Of a stretch of 64,000 nt of DNA, positions 28,678 to 36,942 are shown piece by piece. The position numbers and the translations under genes were made by a program. The first letter of the stretch is position 1, and every line of letters begins with the position of its first letter. The DNA comes from Desulfosudaceae bacterium (GTDB taxonomy: Bacteria > Desulfobacterota > Desulfobacteria > Desulfobacterales > Desulfosudaceae). The notes beneath the pieces are model-generated. The model saw only the letters and a list, made by a program, of their open reading frames with translations. It was not told where the DNA came from and ran no database searches. Location of the stretch: assembly GCA_963674745.2 (NCBI GenBank), contig CAXXDV010000003.1:1248001-1312000 (forward strand), written 5' to 3'.

Positions 28678-29955
28678 ATGAGTGATATCGCTTTTGGATT
28701 ATATAATTTTGGCTGGCACCTGGTGCTGCCGATCCTGAAAACCCATCCCCGTCTCAAAGACGGATTTGCGGCACGGATGTTCATTGATCAACCGGCGAAA
28801 CCGGCGGATCTCTGGATACAGGCGGCATCGGCCGGAGAGGCCTACCTGGCAGCCGGCCTGATTAAATCCCTTCCATCGGACCCAAAGGCGCGTATCCTGG
28901 TCACCACCAACACCCGCCAGGGTATGGAAATTCTGCAAAAAGCCGTCACGGATCCGGTTGTTCGATCGTCACACCCGGACATCATGCTGACTTTTTTTCC
29001 GTTTGATCAGCCCAAAATTATGAATGCGGCTGTCCGGCGGATTCAACCGAAAGTGATGGTGCTTCTGGAAAGTGAATTGTGGCCCGGTTTATTGTCCGCC
29101 CTGCGCCGGCACGATTGCCGAATCCTGATCATTAACGGTCGCATGACACCCAAGAGTGTCAAAGGATACCGGCTGCTTTCGGGGCTCTGGAAAAAACTGG
29201 CACCGGATCATGTTCTGGCCATTTCCAGGCAGGATGCCGATCGGTTTGCCGCCGTATTCGGGCAGGACAGGGTAGGGGTCATGCCCAATATCAAATTTGA
29301 TGGTGTCGACACAGGCGATGGCTTTGAAGAAAGTGCCGGCCGGGTTCAATCGCTGGTGCCTGAGAATTCGGATTTTCTGGTTTTCGGCTCCGTCCGGCAG
29401 GAAGAAGAGTCTGATATCCTGAAAATGATCGAGCAGATCCACACCCGCTTTCCGGATCTTGTGATCGGCCTGTTCCCGCGCCATATGCACCGTTTAAAGG
29501 CATGGCAGCAGAACCTGGAAAAACAAGGAAGGAAATGGGCCTTTCGAAGCGCCCTGGTCGATGCCCCGGCCGGTCCCGGGTCGGTTGTGCTATGGGACAC
29601 ATTCGGCGAGCTGAATGCGGCCTATTCTGCCGCCAAAGCCGTGTTTGTCGGCGGCAGCCTGGCGCCCCTGGGCGGGCAGAATTTTCTGGAGCCTTTGATC
29701 AACGGTGTTGTTCCGGTGATCGGACCTTCCTGGGAGAATTTCTTCTGGATCGGTCAGGAGGTGTTTTCGGCCGACCTGGTGCATAAGACCCCGGACTGGC
29801 AGCAGGCCGCTGCGGAACTGATCCGGTTGCTCGAAAATCCTCTACCACGTGATGAAGTTCAGAACAAAGCGGCGGCATATGTCCGCAATCGCCAGGGGGG
29901 AACGAAACAGGCCTGTGAACTGGTTCTTCAGGCCCTTGAGGGGAAGCTTCCATAG
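28678..29955 (+). CDS. waaA: 3-deoxy-D-manno-octulosonic acid (Kdo) transferase
   Basis: WIQAASAGE, FPFD, ESELWP, INGRM, NIKFD, FPRH, DTFGEL, FVGGSL, GGQNFLEP. Confidence 0.92.
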   Translation: MSDIAFGLYNFGWHLVLPILKTHPRLKDGFAARMFIDQPAKPADLWIQAASAGEAYLAAGLIKSLPSDPKARILVTTNTRQGMEILQKAVTDPVVRSSHPDIMLTFFPFDQPKIMNAAVRRIQPKVMVLLESELWPGLLSALRRHDCRILIINGRMTPKSVKGYRLLSGLWKKLAPDHVLAISRQDADRFAAVFGQDRVGVMPNIKFDGVDTGDGFEESAGRVQSLVPENSDFLVFGSVRQEEESDILKMIEQIHTRFPDLVIGLFPRHMHRLKAWQQNLEKQGRKWAFRSALVDAPAGPGSVVLWDTFGELNAAYSAAKAVFVGGSLAPLGGQNFLEPLINGVVPVIGPSWENFFWIGQEVFSADLVHKTPDWQQAAAELIRLLENPLPRDEVQNKAAAYVRNRQGGTKQACELVLQALEGKLP

Positions 29956-29975
29956 GCGACCGGCAGCGTTAAATA

Positions 29976-30008
29976 TAAAAAGGGCTCAGAAAATGCTCTG
30001 AGCCCTTT
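29976..30008. terminator. Bidirectional intrinsic terminator between convergent genes
   Basis: aaagggctcaga-aaatgc-tctgagcccttt perfect stem with A/T tails. Confidence 0.8.
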
Positions 30009-30043
30009 AATGCTTGTGGTTAAAACCGTTCTAAGGTTCCGGC

Positions 30044-30463
30044 TTATTGCTTTCCCGAAAATTTTGTGTCGACGGTTGGCGGCGCACCTGCCGTAACGCC
30101 CTGGAGGCCGACAGAAGATTTTGGATGTGTTTCACAGGAGGTGGGATAATGCCCATAATATTTTGTTGATCGCATCCAGTATTCCCATTTTATCCCGGTT
30201 GCATTCAAAGCGGTTCCGTAGACATCGGCACATTTTTTCCGGGCCTCCCGGTAATACAGCATGCAGTCACCATAGGCGGGATCGTAAGCGGCTTCGATGC
30301 TGATCACTCCGGTTTTCTGGCCGCTGGCGCAGGCGATGCAGGTTACGTCTATCAAGCCCAGGTCCTTACAGCTATCTTCTGAAGGCCCGCCTCCGGCAAA
30401 ACACAGGCCTGACAGGGCAAATACCGATAACAAAACTATGGCGCCAATCAATATTCTTTTCAT
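30044..30463 (-). CDS. Small exported Cys-rich protein with predicted mature N-terminus GGG (candidate glycine-acylated substrate)
   Basis: AGGAG RBS; MKRILIGAIVLLSVFALSGLCFA|GGGPSEDSC...; six Cys in the mature part. Confidence 0.75.
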   Translation of the reverse strand: MKRILIGAIVLLSVFALSGLCFAGGGPSEDSCKDLGLIDVTCIACASGQKTGVISIEAAYDPAYGDCMLYYREARKKCADVYGTALNATGIKWEYWMRSTKYYGHYPTSCETHPKSSVGLQGVTAGAPPTVDTKFSGKQ

Positions 30464-30688
30464 GTTACACTCCTTTCCAGGTTAGATTTGAAGTCATAGG
30501 GGATGACAACCGGGCCGGCCGATTTTTATGTTTACAATTTATAAAGAGTTGTTTTTTCAATTTTTATTAATTAACAAAGACATATCTGTTTGTCAATATT
30601 TTCGGTTTCCCGGTAACGGTTGAAACAGGCATAATACTGATCAAAAAAACCATCATTCACGGAATGTCCTGTAATAACTGAAATAATA

Positions 30689-30717
30689 TTGACGCACAAG
30701 ACCGGGCTTGTTATGAT
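30689..30717 (+). promoter_or_regulatory. Sigma70-type promoter
   Basis: TTGACG-17 bp-TATGAT with an extended -10 TG, 44 bp upstream of ATG 30761. Confidence 0.6.
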
Positions 30718-30760
30718 TACAGCATCAAATGACGATATGTCCTTAAACCGGGAGGGGGCC

Positions 30761-31246
30761 ATGAAAAGCACTTCTTTTAGGCGGGTATTCTTTGCTGTTT
30801 TGCTAACCTTTATTTTTGCCGGCCTGGTGTTAAACCGTGCTGAGGTTCAAGCCGGTGGAGGCGGCACAACGGTGAGGGTTTACATTAAAGTGTCCAGGGA
30901 CTGGCTGAACTACGGGCATATCAAGGTCAAAAAAGTAAAACTGAATTGGCAATCTTCGGGCGGCATGCACAATATATTCACAAGCACCGATGCAAACTTC
31001 AACACAGACGATTTTGAAGCCGGTTTTGTGCGTTATACAGATGTCAGTGCGACATTTTACTCCGGAAGATACAGGGATTTCGGAATTAGCGGCAGTGCCG
31101 AATACCCGTATGAGTGTACGATTGAGTATGATGTCATCACCTATAATGCCGATAAACAGGCGGTGGTTAAAACATGTTGCCTGACCAGGTCTGCCACAAT
31201 AAGCAGTGGAACCGATTTTACCTTCGAATGGCCCAACAAAATGTAA
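30761..31246 (+). CDS. Small exported protein with predicted mature N-terminus GGGG (candidate glycine-acylated substrate)
   Basis: GGAGGGGG RBS; MKSTSFRRVFFAVLLTFIFAGLVLNRAEVQA|GGGGTTVRV...; beta-rich; first gene of the exporter cluster. Confidence 0.75.
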   Translation: MKSTSFRRVFFAVLLTFIFAGLVLNRAEVQAGGGGTTVRVYIKVSRDWLNYGHIKVKKVKLNWQSSGGMHNIFTSTDANFNTDDFEAGFVRYTDVSATFYSGRYRDFGISGSAEYPYECTIEYDVITYNADKQAVVKTCCLTRSATISSGTDFTFEWPNKM

Positions 31247-31279
31247 AGAACATCAGCGGGGTCGGACCACGTCAACCAC

Positions 31280-32968
31280 ATGGTTATCAATAATAATCAT
31301 TCAAGAAAATATTGTTTTTTCTCTTTAGCCTCCCTTGAGGGGATTAAAAAAAATCACTTTTCTTTCCGGTACGCAGCCCTGTTGTTGATTTTTCTCCTGT
31401 TCTTCTGTCTCACCTTTCCCCTTTCCGTATTTTCTGATGAAGTCGAAACTGAACCCCTAGAGAACGTTCTGGAGATGAGCCTGGCCGAAGCCGTTTCACT
31501 GGCACTCAGGTCCAACCGGTCGGTCCAAATGGCTTACCTGGACCGGGTTGTTCAAAAGTTTGCGCTTAAGGTCGCCGAAGACAAGTTCCGGCCGGACGTG
31601 GATGTCGCCGCCGGCATCAGTCGAACCGACACATCCGATGAAACCTCACAATCCCTGGAACGGACTGAAACAGACAGTCTAAGCGATCAGTTTTCCGGGT
31701 CTGTAAGCGTTTCAGAAACGATCCCCACCGGCGGCATGTTCGCGTTTGTCTGGACACCCACAAAAAGCGATTACGAGACGGATGATTTTCAGACCGGTTT
31801 CGGCTCAACCCGGCGGGCGTCCGACGATTACACTTCATCATGGCGTATCAGTTTCACCCAACCGCTCCTTAAAGGCGGGGGGATTGACGTCAACACCGCC
31901 TCGGTGTCGCAGGCCCGGTTGATGGAGAAAAGCAATATCCTTTCCCTCAAGGCCACGCTTATCAGCACGGTAACTTCGGTGATCACCGCCTACCGCGCTT
32001 TTCAACTGTCCCGGGATCAGGTCGAGATAAGTAAGGCTTCCCTGGAAAGAGCCAGGAAGCTGGTGGAAATCAACAAGCTCCTGATCGATTCCGGCCGGAT
32101 GCCGTCGGTGGAGCTGGTGCAGAGTGAGGCCGAGGTCGCCAGCAGAGAGTTCGCTTATGAGGGGGCCTTGAACAATTTTGACAGGGCCAGGCTGGCACTT
32201 GTAAAAGTACTGGATATCCCCAAACATACCCGATTTGTCCTGGCCGGTGAAGGCGACCTTCGACGTATTGTGCCTGATCTTGATACCTGTGCCGGCACTG
32301 CTTTTGAAAACAGGCCGGATTATCTTCAGGCCCTTTTAAACCTGGAAAGCACGAAGATTAATGTGAACCTGGCAGAAAACAACCGGCTCTGGGATTTAAG
32401 CTTTAATGCCGCCTACGGTGAATCCGACAGCCGAACCGATCACCATACTGACGCTCTGTCCAGCCCGCGGTTGAAGGGTGTGGGCCAGGAGTGGAACGCC
32501 GGATTGAACCTCAGCGTTCCTGTGTGGGGTGATCTTTCCCGAAAACAGGCCGTACTCAGTGCCGAAACGAGCCTGAAAAAGACCCGTATCAGTCTGAAGG
32601 AGCTGAAGGATAACGTCGAAACAGAAGTCCTGGATGCGATCAGAGACGTTAAAACCAAGCTGAAACAGGTTGACCTGGCCAGGCTCAGCAGGGATTTGAC
32701 GGAACAAAAGCTCGTGATAGAGGACGCCAAGCTCAAAGCCGGACGCTCTACCAACTTTCAGCTGGTCAGCTTTCAGAACGATCTGGTCAATGCCCAGAAC
32801 GCGGAATTGAGCGCCATTACTGACTATAGAAACGCGCTGACGTCTCTGGATCAGGTTTTGGGCACAACCCTTGACACGTGGAGGATATACTACAAGGATG
32901 ATAACGGGAACGTGTTTTCAGGACCAGAACACTCGGAAAATGTCATGAAGATTTCAGACGGGCGATGA
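31280..32968 (+). CDS. TolC-family outer-membrane channel (AatA-like)
   Basis: MSLAEAVSLALRSN, SFTQPLLKG, AFENRPDY, LNLSVPVWG, KLKAGRSTNFQLVSFQNDL; start codon uncertain. Confidence 0.88.
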   Translation: MVINNNHSRKYCFFSLASLEGIKKNHFSFRYAALLLIFLLFFCLTFPLSVFSDEVETEPLENVLEMSLAEAVSLALRSNRSVQMAYLDRVVQKFALKVAEDKFRPDVDVAAGISRTDTSDETSQSLERTETDSLSDQFSGSVSVSETIPTGGMFAFVWTPTKSDYETDDFQTGFGSTRRASDDYTSSWRISFTQPLLKGGGIDVNTASVSQARLMEKSNILSLKATLISTVTSVITAYRAFQLSRDQVEISKASLERARKLVEINKLLIDSGRMPSVELVQSEAEVASREFAYEGALNNFDRARLALVKVLDIPKHTRFVLAGEGDLRRIVPDLDTCAGTAFENRPDYLQALLNLESTKINVNLAENNRLWDLSFNAAYGESDSRTDHHTDALSSPRLKGVGQEWNAGLNLSVPVWGDLSRKQAVLSAETSLKKTRISLKELKDNVETEVLDAIRDVKTKLKQVDLARLSRDLTEQKLVIEDAKLKAGRSTNFQLVSFQNDLVNAQNAELSAITDYRNALTSLDQVLGTTLDTWRIYYKDDNGNVFSGPEHSENVMKISDGR

Positions 32969-35046
32969 TGATGAACACGAAAAACAAGTCAAACGGTAAC
33001 GACAGGATCATCGAGTCATATGAACGGCTTATTCATATAGCCCTGTCCCTCTCCAGGGAGAAGGACGCCGATCATTTGTTGGAGATGATTCTGGATGAGG
33101 CCCGGGCGATTTGCCGGGCGGATGCCGGTACGATTTATACCCTTGATGCAGATGAACGTTGTCTGTGGTTCGCTTTTATGCAGAATGATAAATTGAACAT
33201 CAGGACCCGCGGGGAGGACGCGGCCGACGAATACCCCCGGATTCCGCTTTACTCCGGCAGTAAGCCCAACCATGTCAATGTATCGTCCTATGTCGCCCTG
33301 ACCGGCGAAACAGTCAATATCCAGGATGTTTATAAAGATAAAAGTTTCGACTTTGAAGGGCCCAAGACATTTGACAAGCAGACCGGTTACCGGACCAGCG
33401 CCATGCTGGTCATTCCCATGAAGAATCATCTGGATGAGACGGTCGGTGTGCTTCAGCTTATCAATGCCAATGACGAACACAGCGGTACGTTCACCGCTTT
33501 TTCCGAACACGATGCGAAAATTGTTTCCGCTCTGGCCTCCCTTGCCGCCGTAGCGCTCACCAAAACCCGGCTAATCGATCAGCTGTACCGGGAATTGGAT
33601 AAAACGAGAAAACTTAAAGAGAATGTGGATGACCTCAACCGTCAGATTAAGTCGGCCTTTCTGGATGTGGAAGAATCCAACAAGGAAATGGCCGCTGCCC
33701 TGAAAAAGGTCAAGGTGACCCGGATCGTAAGTGTGGCGGTCATTATTTTTTTCCTCCTGGCCGGAGGCGGTTTTTACGTTTATCAGAAAACGGCCCTTAA
33801 GCGGAAGATGCCTTCCCGCTCAGCCGCTGCCGGTATTGCTGGCAGAGACGCCACCAGTGCCTATATCGTCACGCCGCAACCGATTTCCTCCAGTGTTTCG
33901 CTTGTGGGTAAGTTGGAACCCTTAAAGCAGATCAGCATTGTCAGTCCTTTTACCGGAAAAGTCGCGGAGAAATTTTTTGAGTATGGTCAGAACGTGGACA
34001 AGGGGCAACTGCTTGTGAAAATGGATACCGAAGAACTTAACGCCCGGATCCGGGAGGCAACGGCCAAGCACATCAAGACCAGCCAGCAGCTTCAGAATAT
34101 CCGAAACTGGAATCAAAGCACCGATGTCACCCAGGCCAAACGTTCTCTTTCCAGGTCAAAACACGCCAGGGACACCGCCGCCAGAAAGCTTGATGAAGCG
34201 AAAGTCCTTTTTGACAAAGGCATCATATCCCGTGCCGAATACGAGTCCGCTGACGAATCCTTGCGGAACGCCTTTCTGGAGTTGGCTTCCGCTGAGGATA
34301 ACCTGGCAGCGGTTCTGGAAAAGGGAAGTGCCGATAATGTCCGGGTGGCCGAGTTCGAGTTTGAAAACGCCAGTGTCGAGTTGAACAAGCTCCAGGAGCA
34401 ACTGGATATGGCTGAGGTGCGGTCGCCGGTAACAGGGATTATTCTGTTGCCAAGGGCGCTCGGCACAGAAATAAAGAGAGTTGCCAGGGGCGTTTCCGTA
34501 AACCAGGGCGAACTGCTGGTATCGGTCGGTGATCTGGAGGGCTATTCGGTAAAATGTCAGGTGGACGAAGTAGACATCGGCAAGATAAAGATCGGCCAAT
34601 CGGTGACGGTCAGTGGTGATGCCTTTCCTGACCTTTTCCTGGCAGGAAAGATCAGTCACGTCTCGTCCCAGGCGGGTTCTTCAGATGGGTTTTCTTCCAT
34701 ACCCATGTTCGATGTCATCGTGACGATCGATTCGTTGTGCCCGGAGGAGGCTGAACGACTTCGGCTGGGCATGAGCTGCAATCTTCAGGTGCAGGTTTAT
34801 AAAAACCCCCGGGCCTTGATGGTGCCGATCCATATGGTGCGTACGGATGGCGCCGAACCCCGGGTCTATGTCCGGATAAAAAAGACCGGTGAAATTAAAA
34901 TGGTTCCGGTCAAGGTCGGTATTACCACCATGGATTCGGTGGAAGTCAAGAGTGGTTTAAAGGCGGGTGATACGGTGGTAATATCCGCTGATACGGCCGG
35001 TAAAACGGGTCGCGATCAATACAACGTTGATTACCTGGGGTGGTGA
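32965..35046 (+). CDS. MacA/HlyD-type periplasmic adaptor fused to an N-terminal GAF domain
   Basis: GAF (ADAGTIY, VALTGETVNIQDVY, FDKQTGYRT, VGVLQLINA), coiled coil, one TM, then SPFTGKV..GQNVDKGQLL, VRSPVTG, VDEVDIGKIKIGQ, VEVKSGLKAGD. Confidence 0.88.
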   Translation: MMMNTKNKSNGNDRIIESYERLIHIALSLSREKDADHLLEMILDEARAICRADAGTIYTLDADERCLWFAFMQNDKLNIRTRGEDAADEYPRIPLYSGSKPNHVNVSSYVALTGETVNIQDVYKDKSFDFEGPKTFDKQTGYRTSAMLVIPMKNHLDETVGVLQLINANDEHSGTFTAFSEHDAKIVSALASLAAVALTKTRLIDQLYRELDKTRKLKENVDDLNRQIKSAFLDVEESNKEMAAALKKVKVTRIVSVAVIIFFLLAGGGFYVYQKTALKRKMPSRSAAAGIAGRDATSAYIVTPQPISSSVSLVGKLEPLKQISIVSPFTGKVAEKFFEYGQNVDKGQLLVKMDTEELNARIREATAKHIKTSQQLQNIRNWNQSTDVTQAKRSLSRSKHARDTAARKLDEAKVLFDKGIISRAEYESADESLRNAFLELASAEDNLAAVLEKGSADNVRVAEFEFENASVELNKLQEQLDMAEVRSPVTGIILLPRALGTEIKRVARGVSVNQGELLVSVGDLEGYSVKCQVDEVDIGKIKIGQSVTVSGDAFPDLFLAGKISHVSSQAGSSDGFSSIPMFDVIVTIDSLCPEEAERLRLGMSCNLQVQVYKNPRALMVPIHMVRTDGAEPRVYVRIKKTGEIKMVPVKVGITTMDSVEVKSGLKAGDTVVISADTAGKTGRDQYNVDYLGW

Positions 35047-35051
35047 GAAAA

Positions 35052-35744
35052 ATGGCCGCAAAGCTTCTCAAGCTTAATCAGATCCGTAAGTCCTACCGGC
35101 TGGGCCCGGTAGAGATGGAAATCCTCAAAGGAGTGGACCTGGATGTGGCGACGGGCGCGCTTCTTTCTATAATGGGTTCTTCCGGGAGCGGCAAATCGAC
35201 CCTGATGAACATTATGGGTTTTCTGGATACACCGGACAGCGGGTCCTACTTTCTGGAAGAAAGAGATGTCTCAGACCTTGATGACGAAGCGCTTTCTGAT
35301 ATCAGAAACGAGCGAATCGGTTTTGTGTTTCAGCAGTTCAACCTCCTCCATCGGCTTTCCGCCGTGGACAATGTGTCTTTGCCCCTGGTGTACCGGGGGG
35401 TAACGGAAAAGGAGCGCCGACATCGATCTCTGGAAATTCTGGAAAAGGTGGGCGTGTCCGACAGGGCGCATCACCGTCCCGGTGAACTTTCCGGCGGCCA
35501 GCAGCAACGGGTCGCCATTGCCAGGGCCATTGTGGGCAAGCCCTCCATTATTCTGGCCGACGAGCCCACAGGTGCTCTGGATACCAGGGTGGGCCAGGAG
35601 ATAATGGACCTTTTTATCAGGCTTAACCGGGAAGAGGGCATTACCATCGTGATTATTACCCATGACCCGAAAGTGGCCGCCCAGTGCGATATGATGGTTC
35701 GCATGGATGACGGTATAATCCATCCGCTGACGGAGGCCGTATGA
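35052..35744 (+). CDS. ABC transporter ATP-binding protein (MacB/LolD type)
   Basis: GSSGSGKST, IGFVFQQFNLL, LSGGQQQRVAIARA, ILADEPTGALD, ITHD. Confidence 0.95.
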   Translation: MAAKLLKLNQIRKSYRLGPVEMEILKGVDLDVATGALLSIMGSSGSGKSTLMNIMGFLDTPDSGSYFLEERDVSDLDDEALSDIRNERIGFVFQQFNLLHRLSAVDNVSLPLVYRGVTEKERRHRSLEILEKVGVSDRAHHRPGELSGGQQQRVAIARAIVGKPSIILADEPTGALDTRVGQEIMDLFIRLNREEGITIVIITHDPKVAAQCDMMVRMDDGIIHPLTEAV

Positions 35745-36931
35745 TCCTGAGCACCAATGTCAAAGAGGCTGTTCAGAGCCTATGGAGCGCCAAGCAGCGC
35801 AGTCTTCTGGCCCTGATCGGTATTCTGGTCGGTATCGGCTCGGTTATTGCCATGGTTTCGGTGGGCACCATCGTTCAGCGGGAGGCTTTGAGGCAGTTCA
35901 AGGAGATGGGCACCGATATCCTGTCTATAACCAAAGCGTCCGGGAAAGAGGGGGCGAGGGGGCGAGACAGCGGGATAAGTCTCGATATTGCACTGGGAAT
36001 TCCGGAATACTGTTCACAGATCGAAATGGTGGCGCCTTATGCCTCTGTCTTCGGCACGTTAAAGTACCGGGGGCAGAAAATCGACACCCCGGCGCTGGGC
36101 GTGACCAGTTCTTTTTTGGATATCAACAAGCTGAAGCTGTTACAGGGGAGGTTTGTTTCCGACCTGGATCATTTCATGTATTTCTGCGTGGCCGGTGCCG
36201 GTGTTCAGCAGAAGCTGGCGGAGCTGGGTGTGGGGGAGATTGTCGGAACCAGCATCATATATATGGAAAAACAGTTTACCATTATGGGCACCATCGCCTA
36301 TGCACCGCCCACCAATATGCGACCTTATGAAGTGAGCGCGGGTATCATGATTCCCCTGTCCACTTCGCGCCGTCTGGGGCAGAATGAGGGCATCCGTTCA
36401 ATTCTGGCCCGGATGGTGCCCGATGGGGATCACCTTGTGGCAACTGATGAAATTCGCAGGTATTTTGAGACACAGGCCGAAGGCATGAGCGTGCGTGTTC
36501 AGAGCGCCGAAGAACTTATAGCGCAGATGCAGAAGCAGATGCAGATGTTTACCCTGCTTCTGGGGGTCATCGGCTCCATTTCTTTGATTGTGGGCGGCGT
36601 CGGGGTTATGAACGTCATGCTCGTTTCCGTCACCGAGCGCAGAAAGGAAATCGGTATTCGCAGGGCCCTGGGCGCGAGGCGAAAGGACATCCAGGGCCAG
36701 TTTTTGGTGGAGTCAATTTTTTTATGCCTGACCGGAGGCGTCCTGGGCGTTGCCCTGGGGTTAGCCGTGTCGTTCGCCATTGCCCGCTTTTCCAACTGGC
36801 AGTTTTTTATTTCCCACATGGCGGTAGTCCTGGGTGTGTTGGTGTCAGCGGCGGTCGGCCTCTTTTTCGGTTATTATCCGGCCCGGCAAGCTGCCAGAAT
36901 GAACCCCATTGATGCGCTCAGGACGGAATAA
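35741..36931 (+). CDS. ABC transporter permease (MacB/FtsX type)
   Basis: RSLLALIGILVGIGSVIAM, ISLIVGGVGVMNVMLVSVTERRKEIGIRRALGA, PARQAARMNPIDALR. Confidence 0.95.
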   Translation: MILSTNVKEAVQSLWSAKQRSLLALIGILVGIGSVIAMVSVGTIVQREALRQFKEMGTDILSITKASGKEGARGRDSGISLDIALGIPEYCSQIEMVAPYASVFGTLKYRGQKIDTPALGVTSSFLDINKLKLLQGRFVSDLDHFMYFCVAGAGVQQKLAELGVGEIVGTSIIYMEKQFTIMGTIAYAPPTNMRPYEVSAGIMIPLSTSRRLGQNEGIRSILARMVPDGDHLVATDEIRRYFETQAEGMSVRVQSAEELIAQMQKQMQMFTLLLGVIGSISLIVGGVGVMNVMLVSVTERRKEIGIRRALGARRKDIQGQFLVESIFLCLTGGVLGVALGLAVSFAIARFSNWQFFISHMAVVLGVLVSAAVGLFFGYYPARQAARMNPIDALRTE

Positions 36932-36942
36932 AACAACCTGCC

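Noticed and set aside
30395..30463. Classical Cys lipobox in the 139-aa protein (LSGLC)
   Set aside because: Leu at -1 does not fit [LVI][ASTVI][GAS]C; a C-F-A|G SPI site fits better, though this is not excluded without a predictor
31280..36931. Plain MacAB-TolC macrolide efflux pump
   Set aside because: Does not explain the coupled Lnt homolog or the adjacent Gly-starting exported proteins
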